Both the position numbers and the translations under genes were made by a program. Positions 52,826 to 64,000 of a stretch of 64,000 nt of DNA are shown piece by piece. Location: positions 45,508,001-45,572,000 of the forward strand of contig OZ231126.1 in NCBI GenBank assembly GCA_965153355.1. Direction: 5' to 3'. Below the pieces are notes generated by a model, which saw only the letters and a list, made by a program, of their open reading frames with translations, ran no database searches and was not told the DNA's origin. The DNA comes from Flaccisagitta enflata (lineage: Eukaryota). Within the stretch, counting starts at the first letter, position 1. Every line of letters begins with the position of its first letter.

Positions 52826-54427
52826 CCAGGGGGATATATAGTATGGTTTCCCCCCCCCTGGGTGGGGGGAGAATAAAATGAAAGGGTTTACAGAAGGGGA
52901 AAAAATCAAGCAAGTTGACGATTGTCTGTCCTCTCAAGCAAGTTGACGAAATCTTGTCTGTCCTGAAATCATTTCAGATTTCATTCCAACTGAAATGATT
53001 TCATTTCAGTTCAAGTTGACGAAATCTTGTCTGTCCTGAAATCATTTCAGATTACATTTCAGATTACATTTCAGTTGAAACTGAAATAAAGTCATTTCAG
53101 AGATGAAGCTGAAATGGAACTGAAACTGAAACTGAAACTGAAATGGAACTGAAACTGAAATGGAACTGAACTGAAATGGAACTGAAATGAAATCATTTCA
53201 GAAATGAAATCATTTCAGATTTCATTCCATTTCAGATTTCATTCCAATTCAGCTTTCATTCCATTTCAGCTTTCATTCCATTTCAGCTTTCATTCCATTT
53301 CAGCTTTCATTCCATTTCAGCTTTCATTCCATTTCAGCTTTCATTCCATTTCAGCTTTCATTCCATTTCAGCTTTCATTCCATTTCAGCTTTCATTCCAT
53401 TTCAGCTTTCATTCCATTTCAGCTTTCATTCCATTTCAGCTTTCATTCCATTTCAGCTTTCATTCCATTTCAGCTTTCATTCCATTTCAGCTTTCATTCC
53501 ATTTCAGCTTTCATTCCATTTCAGCTTTCATTCCATTTCAGCTTTCATTCCATTTCAGCTTTCATTCCATTTCAGCTTTCATTCCATTTCAGCTTTCATT
53601 CCATTTCAGCTTTCATTCCATTTCAGCTTTCATTCCATTTCAGCTTTCATTCCATTTCAGCTTTCATTCCATTACAGTTTTCATTCCATTTCAGTTTTCA
53701 TTTCATTTCAGTTTTCATTCCAACTGAAATGATTTCATTTCAGTTCTTACTATAGACACTTCCATTTCAACTTTCATTCCAGTTTAGTTAATATTCCATT
53801 TCAGTTTTCATTTCATTTCAGTTTTCATTTCATTTCAGTTTTCATTTCAGTTTTCATTTCATTTCAGTTTTCATTTCATTTCATTTCAGTTTTCATTTCA
53901 TTTCATTTCATTTTTCATTTCATTTCAGTTTTCATTCCATTTCAGCTCATTCCATTTCAGCTCTCATTCCATTTCAGTCCCTATTCCATTTCAGTTTTCA
54001 TTTCATGAACATGTACCTCGGATGGTTGGGGATATAAGGATGGGGCCAGCATGGGGGCCACTCAAAATTGGAAAGCAACTGAAATGAAATCATTTCATCT
54101 GAAATGAAATCATTTCATCTGAAATTTCAATTGCAATAATGTGTGATGTATCTAGGATGGTTGGGGATATAAGGATGGGGCCAGCATGGGGGCCACTTGA
54201 AATTGGAAAGCAACTGAAATGAAATCATTTCATCTGAAATGAAATCATTTCATCTGAAATGAAATCATTTCATCTGAAATGAAATCATTTCATCTGAAAT
54301 GAAATCATTTCATCTGAAATGAAATCATTTCATCTGAAATGAAATCATTTCATCTGAAATGAAATCATTTCATCTGAAATTTCAATTGCAATAATGTGTG
54401 ATGTATCTAGGATGGTTGGGGATATAA

Positions 54428-56801
54428 GTCAAATAAGTTGACGATTGCCTGTCCTCTTATATAAGTTGACAATTGCCTGTCCTCTCCTCTCAAATAAGTT
54501 GACGATGGTCTGTCCTCCTCAAATAAGTTGTGATGGTCCTGTCCTCTCAAATAAGTTGACGATGGTCTGTCCTCTCAAATAAGTTGACGATGGTCTGTCC
54601 TCTCAAATAAATTGACGATGGTCTGTCCTCTCAAACAAGTTGACGATGGTCTGTCCTCTCAAATAAGTTGACGATGGTCTGTCCTCTCAAATAAGTTGAC
54701 GATGGTCTGTCCTCTCAAATAAGTTGACGATGGTCTGTCCTCTCAAATAAGTTGACGATGGTCTGTCCTCTCAAATAATAAGTTGACCGATGGTCTGTCC
54801 TCTCAAAATAAGTTGACGATGGTCTGTCCTCTCAAATAAGTTGACGATGGTCTGTCCTCTCAAATAAGTTGACGATGGTCTGTCCTCTCAAACAAGTTGA
54901 CGATGGTCTGTCCTCTCAAATAAGTTGACGATGGTCTGTCCTCTCAAATAAGTTGACGATGGTCTGTCCTCTCAAATAAGTTGACGATGGTCTGTCCTCT
55001 CAAATAAGTTGACGATGGTCTGTCCTCTCAAATAAGTTGACGATGGTCTGTCCTCTCAAATAAGTTGACGATGGTCTGTCCTCTCAAATAAGTTGACTAT
55101 GGTCTGTCCTCTCAAATAAGTTGACGATGGTCTGTCCTCTCAAATAAGTTGCCGATGGTCTGTCTCCTCAAATAAGTTGATGATGGTCTGTCCTCTCAAA
55201 TAAGTTGACGATGGTCTGTCCTCTCAAATAAGTTGACTATAGTCTGTCCTCTCAAATAAGTTGACGATGGTCTGTCCTCTCAAATAAGTTGCCGATGGTC
55301 TGTCCTCTCAAATAAGTTGTTGATGGTCTGTCCTCTCAAATAAGTTGACGATGATCTGTCCTCTCAAATAAGTTGGCGATGGTCTGTCTTCTCAAATAAG
55401 TTGACGATGGTCTGTCCTCTCCAATAAGTTGACGATAGTCTGTCCTCTCAAATAAGTTGACGATGGACTGTCCTCTCAAATAAGTTGACGATGGTCTGTC
55501 CTCTCAAATAAGTTGACGATGGTCTGTCCTCTCCAATAAGTTGACGATGGTCTGTCCTCTCCAATAAGTTGACGATGGTCTGTCCTCTCCAATAAGTAGC
55601 CGATGGTCTGTCCTCTCAAATAAGTTGACGATGGTCTGTCCTCTCAAATAAGTTGACGATGATCTGTCCCCTCAAATAAGTTGACGATGGTCTGTCCTCT
55701 CAAATAAGTTGTTGATGGTCTGTCCTCTCAAATAAGTTGACGATGGTCTGTCTCCTCAAATAAGTTGACGATGGTCTGTCCTCTCAAATAAGTTGACGAT
55801 GGTCTGTCCTCTCAAATAAGTTGACGATGGTCTGTCCTCTCAAATAAGTTGGCGATGGTCTGTCCTCTCAAATAAGTTGACTGTGGTCTGTCCTCTCAAA
55901 TAAGTTGTGATGGTCTGTCCTCTCAAATAAGTTGGCATCTGATGGTCTGTCCTCTCAAATAAGTTGACGATGGTCTGTCCTCTCAAATAAGTTGACGATG
56001 GTCTGTCCTCTCAAATAAGTTGACGATGGTCTGTCCTCTCAAATAAGTTGACGATGGTCTGTCCTCTCAAATAAGTTGACGATGGTCTGTCCTCTGTTAT
56101 AAGTTGACGTTGGTGTTTCATCTGAAATTTCAATTGCAATAATGTGTGATGTATCTAGGATGGTTGGGGATATAAGTCAAATAAGTTGACGATTGCCTGT
56201 CCTCTTATATAAGTTGACAATTGCCTGTCCTCTCAAATAAGTTGACGATGGTCTGTCCTCTCAAATAAGTTGACGATGGTCTGTCCTCTCAAATAAGTTG
56301 ACGATGGTCTGTCCTCTCAAATAAGTTGACGATGGTCTGTCCTCTCAAATAAGTTGACGATGGTCTGTCCTCTCAAATAAGTTGACGATGGTCTGTCCTC
56401 TCAAATAAGTTGACGATGGTCTGTCCTCTCAAATAAGTTGGCGATGGTCTGTCCTCTCAAATAAGTGCAGCGATGGTCTGTCCTCTCAAATAAGTTGATG
56501 GTCTGTCTCTCAAATAAATTGGCGATGGTCTGTCCTCTCAAATAAATTGGCCGATGGTCTGTCCTCTCAATTAAATTGTGATGGTCTGTCCTCTCAATTA
56601 AATTGTGATGGTCTGTCCTCTCAAATAAATTGTACGATGGTCTGTCCCCTCAAATAAGTTGACGATGGTCTGTCCTCTCAAATAAGTTGACGATGGTCTG
56701 TCCCTCTCAAATAAGTTGACAATGGTCTTCCCTCTCAAATAAGTTGACGATGGTCTTCCCTCTCAAATAAGTTGACGATGGTCTGTTCTCTCAAATAAGT
56801 T
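54428..56801 (-). repeat. 28-bp satellite array A3, inverted (AAGTTGACGATGGTCTGTCCTCTCAAAT)
   Basis: About 80 copies; reverse complement of A2 with one fixed difference; interrupted at about 56110-56180 by a block B end. Confidence 0.96.
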
Positions 56802-56825
56802 CAGTATGTTTGATGTTTACAACTT

Positions 56826-57482
56826 TAGCACTTGTGCGAGTAATTTTAATGTCAGCACTTGTTCAAGTTATTAAAACGTCAGCACTTACACGAGTAAATT
56901 ACAACGTCAGCACTTGCACGAGTAATTACATTGTCAGCACTTGCACCAGTAATTACATCGTCAGCACTAGCAATTACTGTCAGCACTTGCACGAGTAATT
57001 ACTGTCAGCACTTGCAAGAGTAATTACATCGTCAGCACTAGCAATTACTGTCAGCACTTGCACGAGTAATTACTGTCAGCACTTGCAAGAGTAATTACAT
57101 CGTCAGCACTTGCACGAGTAATTACATTGTAAGCACTTGAACGAGTAATTACATCGTCAGCACTTGCTGAGTACAGTGGAGCACCTAGAGCACAACTGCT
57201 AATAAGACATGCCCGCCTATAAGGCATTTAACCTACAGTCCATTGAAAGATTTTGCAGTTTTTTTCATGTTGGCAAGAAGGCAGTTTCACTAAACAGCAT
57301 AATTTGGTCCAGCTCTAGTGAAGTTCAACTGTAATTACAATGTCAGTACTTGTAGAGTAATTACAAAGTCAGCACTTGTACGAGTAATTATAAAGTCAGC
57401 ACTTGTACGAGTAATTACAAAGTCAGCACTTGTACGAGTAATTACAAAGTCAGCACTTGTACGAGTAATTACAAAGTCAGCT
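56826..57482 (+). repeat. Diverged 27-bp GTCAGCACTTG-core minisatellite
   Basis: Unit GTCAGCACTTGTACGAGTAATTACAAA. Confidence 0.9.
57174..57331. mobile_element. Tc1/mariner-type MITE inserted in a 27-bp monomer
   Basis: TA TSD at 57172-57173 and 57332-57333; CAGT...ACTG ends; homolog at 9913-10098. Confidence 0.8.
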
Positions 57483-57616
57483 TAGTGCTTTTCCATGTAG
57501 TTACAATTGCAGCATCTGAGGGAAGGAAAGCAATCATCACTCGTCAGATGATGGCATACCTTGAAGTCCATGATGGCATACATTGAAGTCCATGATGGCA
57601 TATCCTAAAAACTATT

Positions 57617-59112
57617 CACTTCGCAATTGGTGATTCACCATAATTTTTCCGCTTGTTTCAGATAAAACTTTTTCGCCGTTTAAAATTTCGGTAGCATCAT
57701 AAAATGAGCGCAGATTTCAACTATTTTATCGCGTGGATTAGTCTTTGACTTATTCACGAGGAAAAAACAATTGAGTTCAGGAACAACTTTCCCATTCCCA
57801 CTGAGGGCAGGGAAAGAGGAAATTCCTCTTCCCATAGAAATCCGCATGAGCTTGAGCTTGAGCTTGAGCTCTAGCTTGAGCTTGAGCTAAGCATAGTCTG
57901 AGAGCGAAACATGTTCGTGACTTTTTTTTTAAGTGGCGGAAATCGTCATGACTTTTTTTACCCAAACTTTGAAAGCTCATATCTCTTTAACGGATTGACC
58001 AATTGGCTTGACTTTTTGCATGGTAACATCATTTGACCTTTTTTACTGATGTGTGAAGTTCAAAGAAATTTCAGATAGTGTAACCACCCGAACCAGCCTA
58101 CCTACCAAAAAATTTTAAATTGGCGTAGCTAATAAAGAATTCAACGAAATTTTCTGAAATTCCGCATGAATAACCATCCAACCCCGGGACAAATCCTGGG
58201 AAAGTTGTACGGCGATCAGGTAATTTCTTTGGCCGTAATCGCATAAAACATTTTTTTCATGTTGCAAGGATTTGTAGGATGTAATTAAATTGTGATTAAA
58301 ACAAAGTCGCGTGCGAGACTAACAAAATGACTTAGAATGACTTAATATACTCTTAAATGACATTAGGAAATAAAATTGATAAAAAAAGTGTGACAGACCA
58401 ACAGACAGACCGACAGACCAACCGACGGACGGACGGACGGACAAAGCGGGGTGTAGAGTCGCGTGCACGCGACTAAAAATATCCAAAAGAATGGTACGGC
58501 TTTTTCTGTTATGGTGGCCGCAAGTTGTCTCAGTAAAATTGTCTTGTCTCAATCACATAAGTTCAGAGAAAAAACTTGCGAAATGTGCGTGAGTATAAAT
58601 CGCCGCGCGGTTTCCACTTTTATACTGATTTAAAACATTGATTAAGTACTTTGGATTGGTGAGAGATAGCCGCATGAAATTTTAAACATGAAATATTTAT
58701 ACATATCTATACATATTTATACATATTTATACATACATTTATACATATTTATACATACATTTATACATATTTATACATACATTTATACATATTTATACAC
58801 AAATTTTAAACATGAAATATTTATACATAAGATTCATACATATCTCACTGACAATTATTCAGTGATGTCATGACCAGAAAACATATTAACTTATAAAAAT
58901 TTTTTGATGAATTTTCGAATTTTTGACATTGAAAAAAAAGTTTTATGCAATTACCGCCAAAGTAACTACGTGATCGCTGTGCAACTTACTCAGGATTTGT
59001 CAAGGAGTTGAATGGTTGTTCATGCTAAATTCCAGAAAATTTCGTAGAATATTATTTTAGCTACGCTAATTTGAAATTTTTGAGCAGGTAGGCTAGCTCG
59101 GGTGGTTGCACC
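57617..59112 (+). repeat. Segmental duplicate, copy 2
   Basis: Matches 41782-42720; extra 57900-58260 is inverted relative to 42550-42880 and 58930-59110. Confidence 0.85.
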
Positions 59113-59719
59113 ATGCGATGTATTGCTCAACAACATTAATGACAAGACTACCCAAGCCTGTACCAACTGTCAATGTTTGGAGAGTGTGGCATTTGGAGGA
59201 ATTGAACGATATAGGCCCTAAGAATTCACACTGCCTCCTACCTGTTTTTCTTTTCTTCTTCCTGTTCTTCCACTCATCTCCATCTTCCTCCTTCTGTCTT
59301 TCCTTCTTCTTTTCTTCTTCCTTCTTCTTTCATCTCCTCTTCTCTTCCTTTTCTTCATCTCTCATCCCTTCCTTTTCTTCCTCTCCACCTTCTCTTCGCC
59401 CTTGCCTGCCCGCCTTCTTCTGTCTGCCTTCTTTCACTTCTTCTTCAGCAGCTTGACCATTTACCTTCTTTCTTCAGTTTCTTCTTCTATTTGTCTTCTT
59501 CACACACACCCACCAGATTTTTGTTAACTGGTTCCTACCAATTTCACCCTTAAATCTATTCCTTTTCCTTCATATCTTCTGACATTCACACACTTTGGCC
59601 ACTCTTTACTTTCTGTCCTCCTGGCTACTTGCTATCCTCTCTCTCTCTTCTTCTTAACTTGTAATGTTACTTGATCACCACTAGGATGATATTATACTTT
59701 GAGCAAAAGAAGAGGAAGA

Positions 59720-60047
<328 letters not shown>

Positions 60048-60822
60048 GTTTTTTCATCTGCAGTAAAGAATCATCGTAATGAAGTTCAGGAGATTGACAC
60101 ATTCTCATGTTACAGACAGTTCCATAATAACCAGCACTGAGAACAAGAAAATTCATCGAAGGGATTATTATCAATTTGTTCCTTTACATCCACATTTTGT
60201 CGCAAGTATGTCCTTTTGAACGCGCTTTGACTTCAGTTCTCTATCTGTTTCCTTTCATCTAATTATTTCTATCGGCAACAGTTAAACCTGGTGAAACTTA
60301 CAGTCGCTTGCAGTAAACACAAAATAATTTTGATATAAATTTGACTTAGCAACCAGCAAAGAGTGGTTTTTAGAGTCTCATTGACGCAACTAAAAAGAAG
60401 ACAGATATTATACTATAATCGAAGCCTTCGAATGTACAGTTATTACTTATTAGTGGCCTATAATACATGATTATCTTCATCATTTCAAGAGATGATTTCT
60501 GTCCCATTTTCTCAATATTTACCTTCTATTCCATTTCCTGTAAGACGTTCACAATTTCATCGTCTAGACCAAGGGTCTCATTAACAGCCACACGAGAAGC
60601 TGGCTCATCATAATTGTCATTTCGGTCGTCTGAGACTGAGGTGCTGAGGTGGCGGGTGATAACTCTGCTTTGATTTTTATTCCTATTCGTAAATGATGTT
60701 TTTTCTAACCTCAAAACATTTCGAATTTCATAGTCACACGAAGCCGTAAGCTGACTGCTGGTCCGACCACCGTAAGGCCGTTGTGAAATTACCTCTTCAC
60801 TTCGATATGTGCCTCTACCAAA

Positions 60823-61031
60823 AACAAGGCCGGATACACGGCTACCCCAGTCGCGTGCGGGTGGGCAGGGGCCGTAACTGAGGTCAATGCATCATTTGGG
60901 CAGGAGCAGTGAGTCCAGGGACCGCAAAAAAACAAAACAAAAAAAGTAAAGTGTAACGGACGGACGGACGGACGGACCTACGGACGGACCGACAAAGCGG
61001 GGTGTAGAGTCGCGTAGCACGCGACTAAAAA
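60823..61031 (-). mobile_element. Intact HINE family 1 copy
   Basis: AACAAGGCCGGATACACGGC...AGTCGCGTAGCACGCGACTAAAAA. Confidence 0.82.
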
Positions 61032-61654
61032 GTCAAGCTAAGGAACGATCCATATTATTACTCATCACATTTCTTACTAATCTGACTTCAAAACCATATT
61101 ACCTATGAATTGGTAACAAGGGGATGGAACTTGGGATTTCATTTGGCCCATGGTGGTTCTCAGAAGTTACTTACTCCCGTCCTTGTGACCCGGCCCACGC
61201 CCACATCATGGCTGGGGACATTTCATGGAAAAAAGCATAGTATGTGGCCACATTGTAGCAGATCACTGTACAGTTGATCCATGCCTTATTGCCCAAATGG
61301 ACTATCGAGTAAAGACAAGACTGATTTGCCCTCGTTTACTGTATAGTACTGTATAGTAGAACTGTATAGAAAACAGAATATTTTCTTACTACAGGTAGAT
61401 TTCATCTAGCCTTGGATCTGTTCTGAATTCCAATCTATGCTTCATTCATAATGATATCCACCTTCTCTTTCACAAGAACATTTTTTTTTTTTTGCCTAGA
61501 GTCTAAATTGGGAAATTATTACCTGGTGATTTGGTCCCAAAGTCAAGTCGTTTTTCAAATCCACTTTTTTTTTTCTTTCTCACGTAAGAAAGAGCAGAAC
61601 GACTTTGGCAGACACCGGAGCTAAGAGGAAGGTTAAATCAGTTAAAAGTGATCT

Positions 61655-61775
<121 letters not shown>

Positions 61776-61966
61776 ACGGACAGATAGACCGGAGTACAGA
61801 CAGACAGGCTGGCCGAGACAGTGACGGGAAAGTAACAGAGACCGACACAGAGACAGAGAAGGAAACTGAACCGGACAGACAGAGACAGACAGGGACAGAG
61901 AAACAGACAAATCGACAGACAATAAAGTGAACTGGTAAAAGGTCAAGGTAGACCATCTGATACAGA

Positions 61967-62063
<97 letters not shown>

Positions 62064-63291
62064 TTGAGAGACCTGTATGTGAAAAAAAGGGGATTTGAAG
62101 AAGTTCAACCATACCTCTCTAGTATCTCATCTATCGTCCATTAAGTCAAGGCTGAAAGGTGTATCTGGAAAAATGTTTTAAAAAGAGATGAAAAGCGGCT
62201 GAATAGAAGAAGCAGTTTATTATCGACCTTTTGAAAACGGAAAAAAGGCGCGGACCTGATGAAGCTCCCACGTGGAGTGTATTGGATTCTTTTTATACTT
62301 CACTCAGATACTGTGTGTGTGTGTGTGTGTGTAGTTGATTTTAAACTATCGATATTTTTATCGTCTGTCAATTACTGGTTATGAAACACGTAATGCTCAG
62401 GCTCGCGCTGGCCATGGAGTTTCGGCACATCTAGTGTTTCGAGAAACTTACGAAATCATAATTCAGGCAAATGATATCCTGACGATGGCAGCAAGATTTT
62501 CCTACATACATTTCCCTTCCGAAATTGCACGATAAAAAAAAAAGTCTGAAGCCAACCCTCGTGTCCAGAACGCACATTCGTTCATTTATAATATTTCTGA
62601 AATCAGTGGAGGGTAATGTTTGGAATTTTTTTTATGGCATGATATGACTAAGCGTGCCATGCAATTTCATTCTGTACCAATTTCATTCTTGAACTTGTCC
62701 CCGTTGAATCAGAAAATGACTTTTGGTATTTGCTTTAGTCACCCGATGAGGAATTTTGTTTTCATGCCTATCACGGCAGTGTTACAAGAAAAGTTTCATG
62801 CGTGGTACCAAACGAAAGGTAATGACATGGATTATCACCTGGGAGGGGCTGAAGCTTGGGAAGCCACCCTATCCCACAAAAAAAGCACCAAATTGCGCTC
62901 CCACATGTTTCTAGCGCTCTCAGTTGAAATGGTAAAATTTGGTAAAAATTTTGGCTTGTTTTCACGATTCGGGATATCGATGGTCGTTGTCTGGTGGAGT
63001 CATTTTCGCTCGCAACTCAACGCGTTTTGAAAAAAATGAAAACGGAAAAAATCAGTTCCCGTTTTTTGGCGGGAAAATGACTGGTGCCTTTGCTACCAAG
63101 AATTCACTTCTTCTCTGTTTTAGCAAACATTTTTTACCCGTCAGGCCAGAAAATGAAGAAATCGCTTACGTTGAGTCATCGTCTTAGCATTATGTCTAAA
63201 GATAAAATGTTGAATCACACAAAAACATTAAAACTTATATTTTGAACTGAGAAGCTTAAATCGAAAATTTTAATTGTCCCATAACATAACA

Positions 63292-63343
63292 TAACAACTA
63301 CAACTACAACTACAACTAATACAACAACTACTACAACTACTAT

Positions 63344-63430
<87 letters not shown>

Positions 63431-63447
63431 AACTACAACACTACTAC
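63292..63447. repeat. (ACT)n microsatellite
   Basis: Direct reading. Confidence 0.95.
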
Positions 63448-63455
63448 GTTTCGCT

Positions 63456-63750
63456 TTTTGGGCAGCGGCCTGAAGGGAACGAAGTTCTGTAGAACACAGG
63501 GGGACTTTCGTTTGTTTGTGCATTCGTCTGTTGGTCCGTTTATTCGCTCTCCCCCCCCCCCCCCGTCAGGCCCCTCGGACCTGAAACCTGCCTTCCCGAG
63601 ACTGAAATCTGCCCTTCAAGGCCCAAAATCTGCCCCCCAGGCCTGATATTGGCCCGCGCTAGCCTGAATTCTACCCTCTCTGGTCTGAAATCCTACCTCT
63701 TAGGGCTGAAATCTGCCCTCTCAGGCCTGAAGTCAGCCCTATTTTCAGGG
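63456..63750 (+). mobile_element. Family 2 element, 5' half
   Basis: TTTTTGGGCAGCGGCC..GAAGTTCTGTAGAACACAGGGGGACTTT followed by 21-bp repeats. Confidence 0.75.
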
Positions 63751-64000
63751 CCAATTAAATCCCATAGAATTATTGGGTGTGTTTCTAGTCTCAGACAATC
63801 GCGTTTTTAGTTGCGGACTAGCGACTGCAAGAGACTTTCTCTGTCCGTCCATCCATCCATCCGTCAGTCTGTCCATTCCACCATGATGATCTAGTTGGAA
63901 AGTGTGAAAGCTCGCATATCCGCCTTTTTAACAATTCACCCGGCTCACTCGCTTTACAGCGTACAACAATTAGAACGATAATAAGAACAACAATTAGAAC

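Noticed and set aside
47248-53755. FHSISAFIPFQLSFH-type ORFs
   Set aside because: Translations of the 17-bp satellite
44153-56801. Pure foldback-read artefact as the explanation of the palindrome
   Set aside because: Arms differ by fixed substitutions, module content and junctions; not fully excluded without reads
34325-57482. CRISPR-like arrays (26-30 bp, partly palindromic repeats)
   Set aside because: Repeats are head-to-tail with no unique spacers, no cas genes, and the context is eukaryotic
60070-60714. Minus-strand coding-like fragments (KCGCKG, short acidic ORF)
   Set aside because: Interrupted by stops and too short to assign; at most a decayed transposon relic

Overview
Eukaryotic, probably invertebrate, repeat-dominated genomic DNA. 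The only confidently identifiable host gene is a three-exon, divergent 60S acidic ribosomal protein P1 (RPLP1-like; 11086-13798, + strand, 127 aa). Its normally invariant C-terminus is altered, and its last codons and stop appear to come from a repeat element. A GC-rich, 5'-open low-complexity ORF lies at the left edge. The rest is mostly non-autonomous DNA transposons that can be delimited by TIRs and TSDs (hAT-like, Mutator-like, CAC-ended CMC-like, TA-flanked MITEs), two families of Helentron/HINE-like elements, a decayed and duplicated LINE ORF1, and many microsatellites. From 32.6 to 57.5 kb there is a family of 26-30 bp minisatellite arrays. The most striking structure is a roughly 12.6 kb mirror-symmetric satellite complex (44.15-56.8 kb) whose centre is a tandem array of 128-bp units, each a 53-bp-stem hairpin. 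Most ORFs in the supplied track are microsatellite or satellite artefacts. All family assignments come from reading the sequence by eye; no database searches were run.
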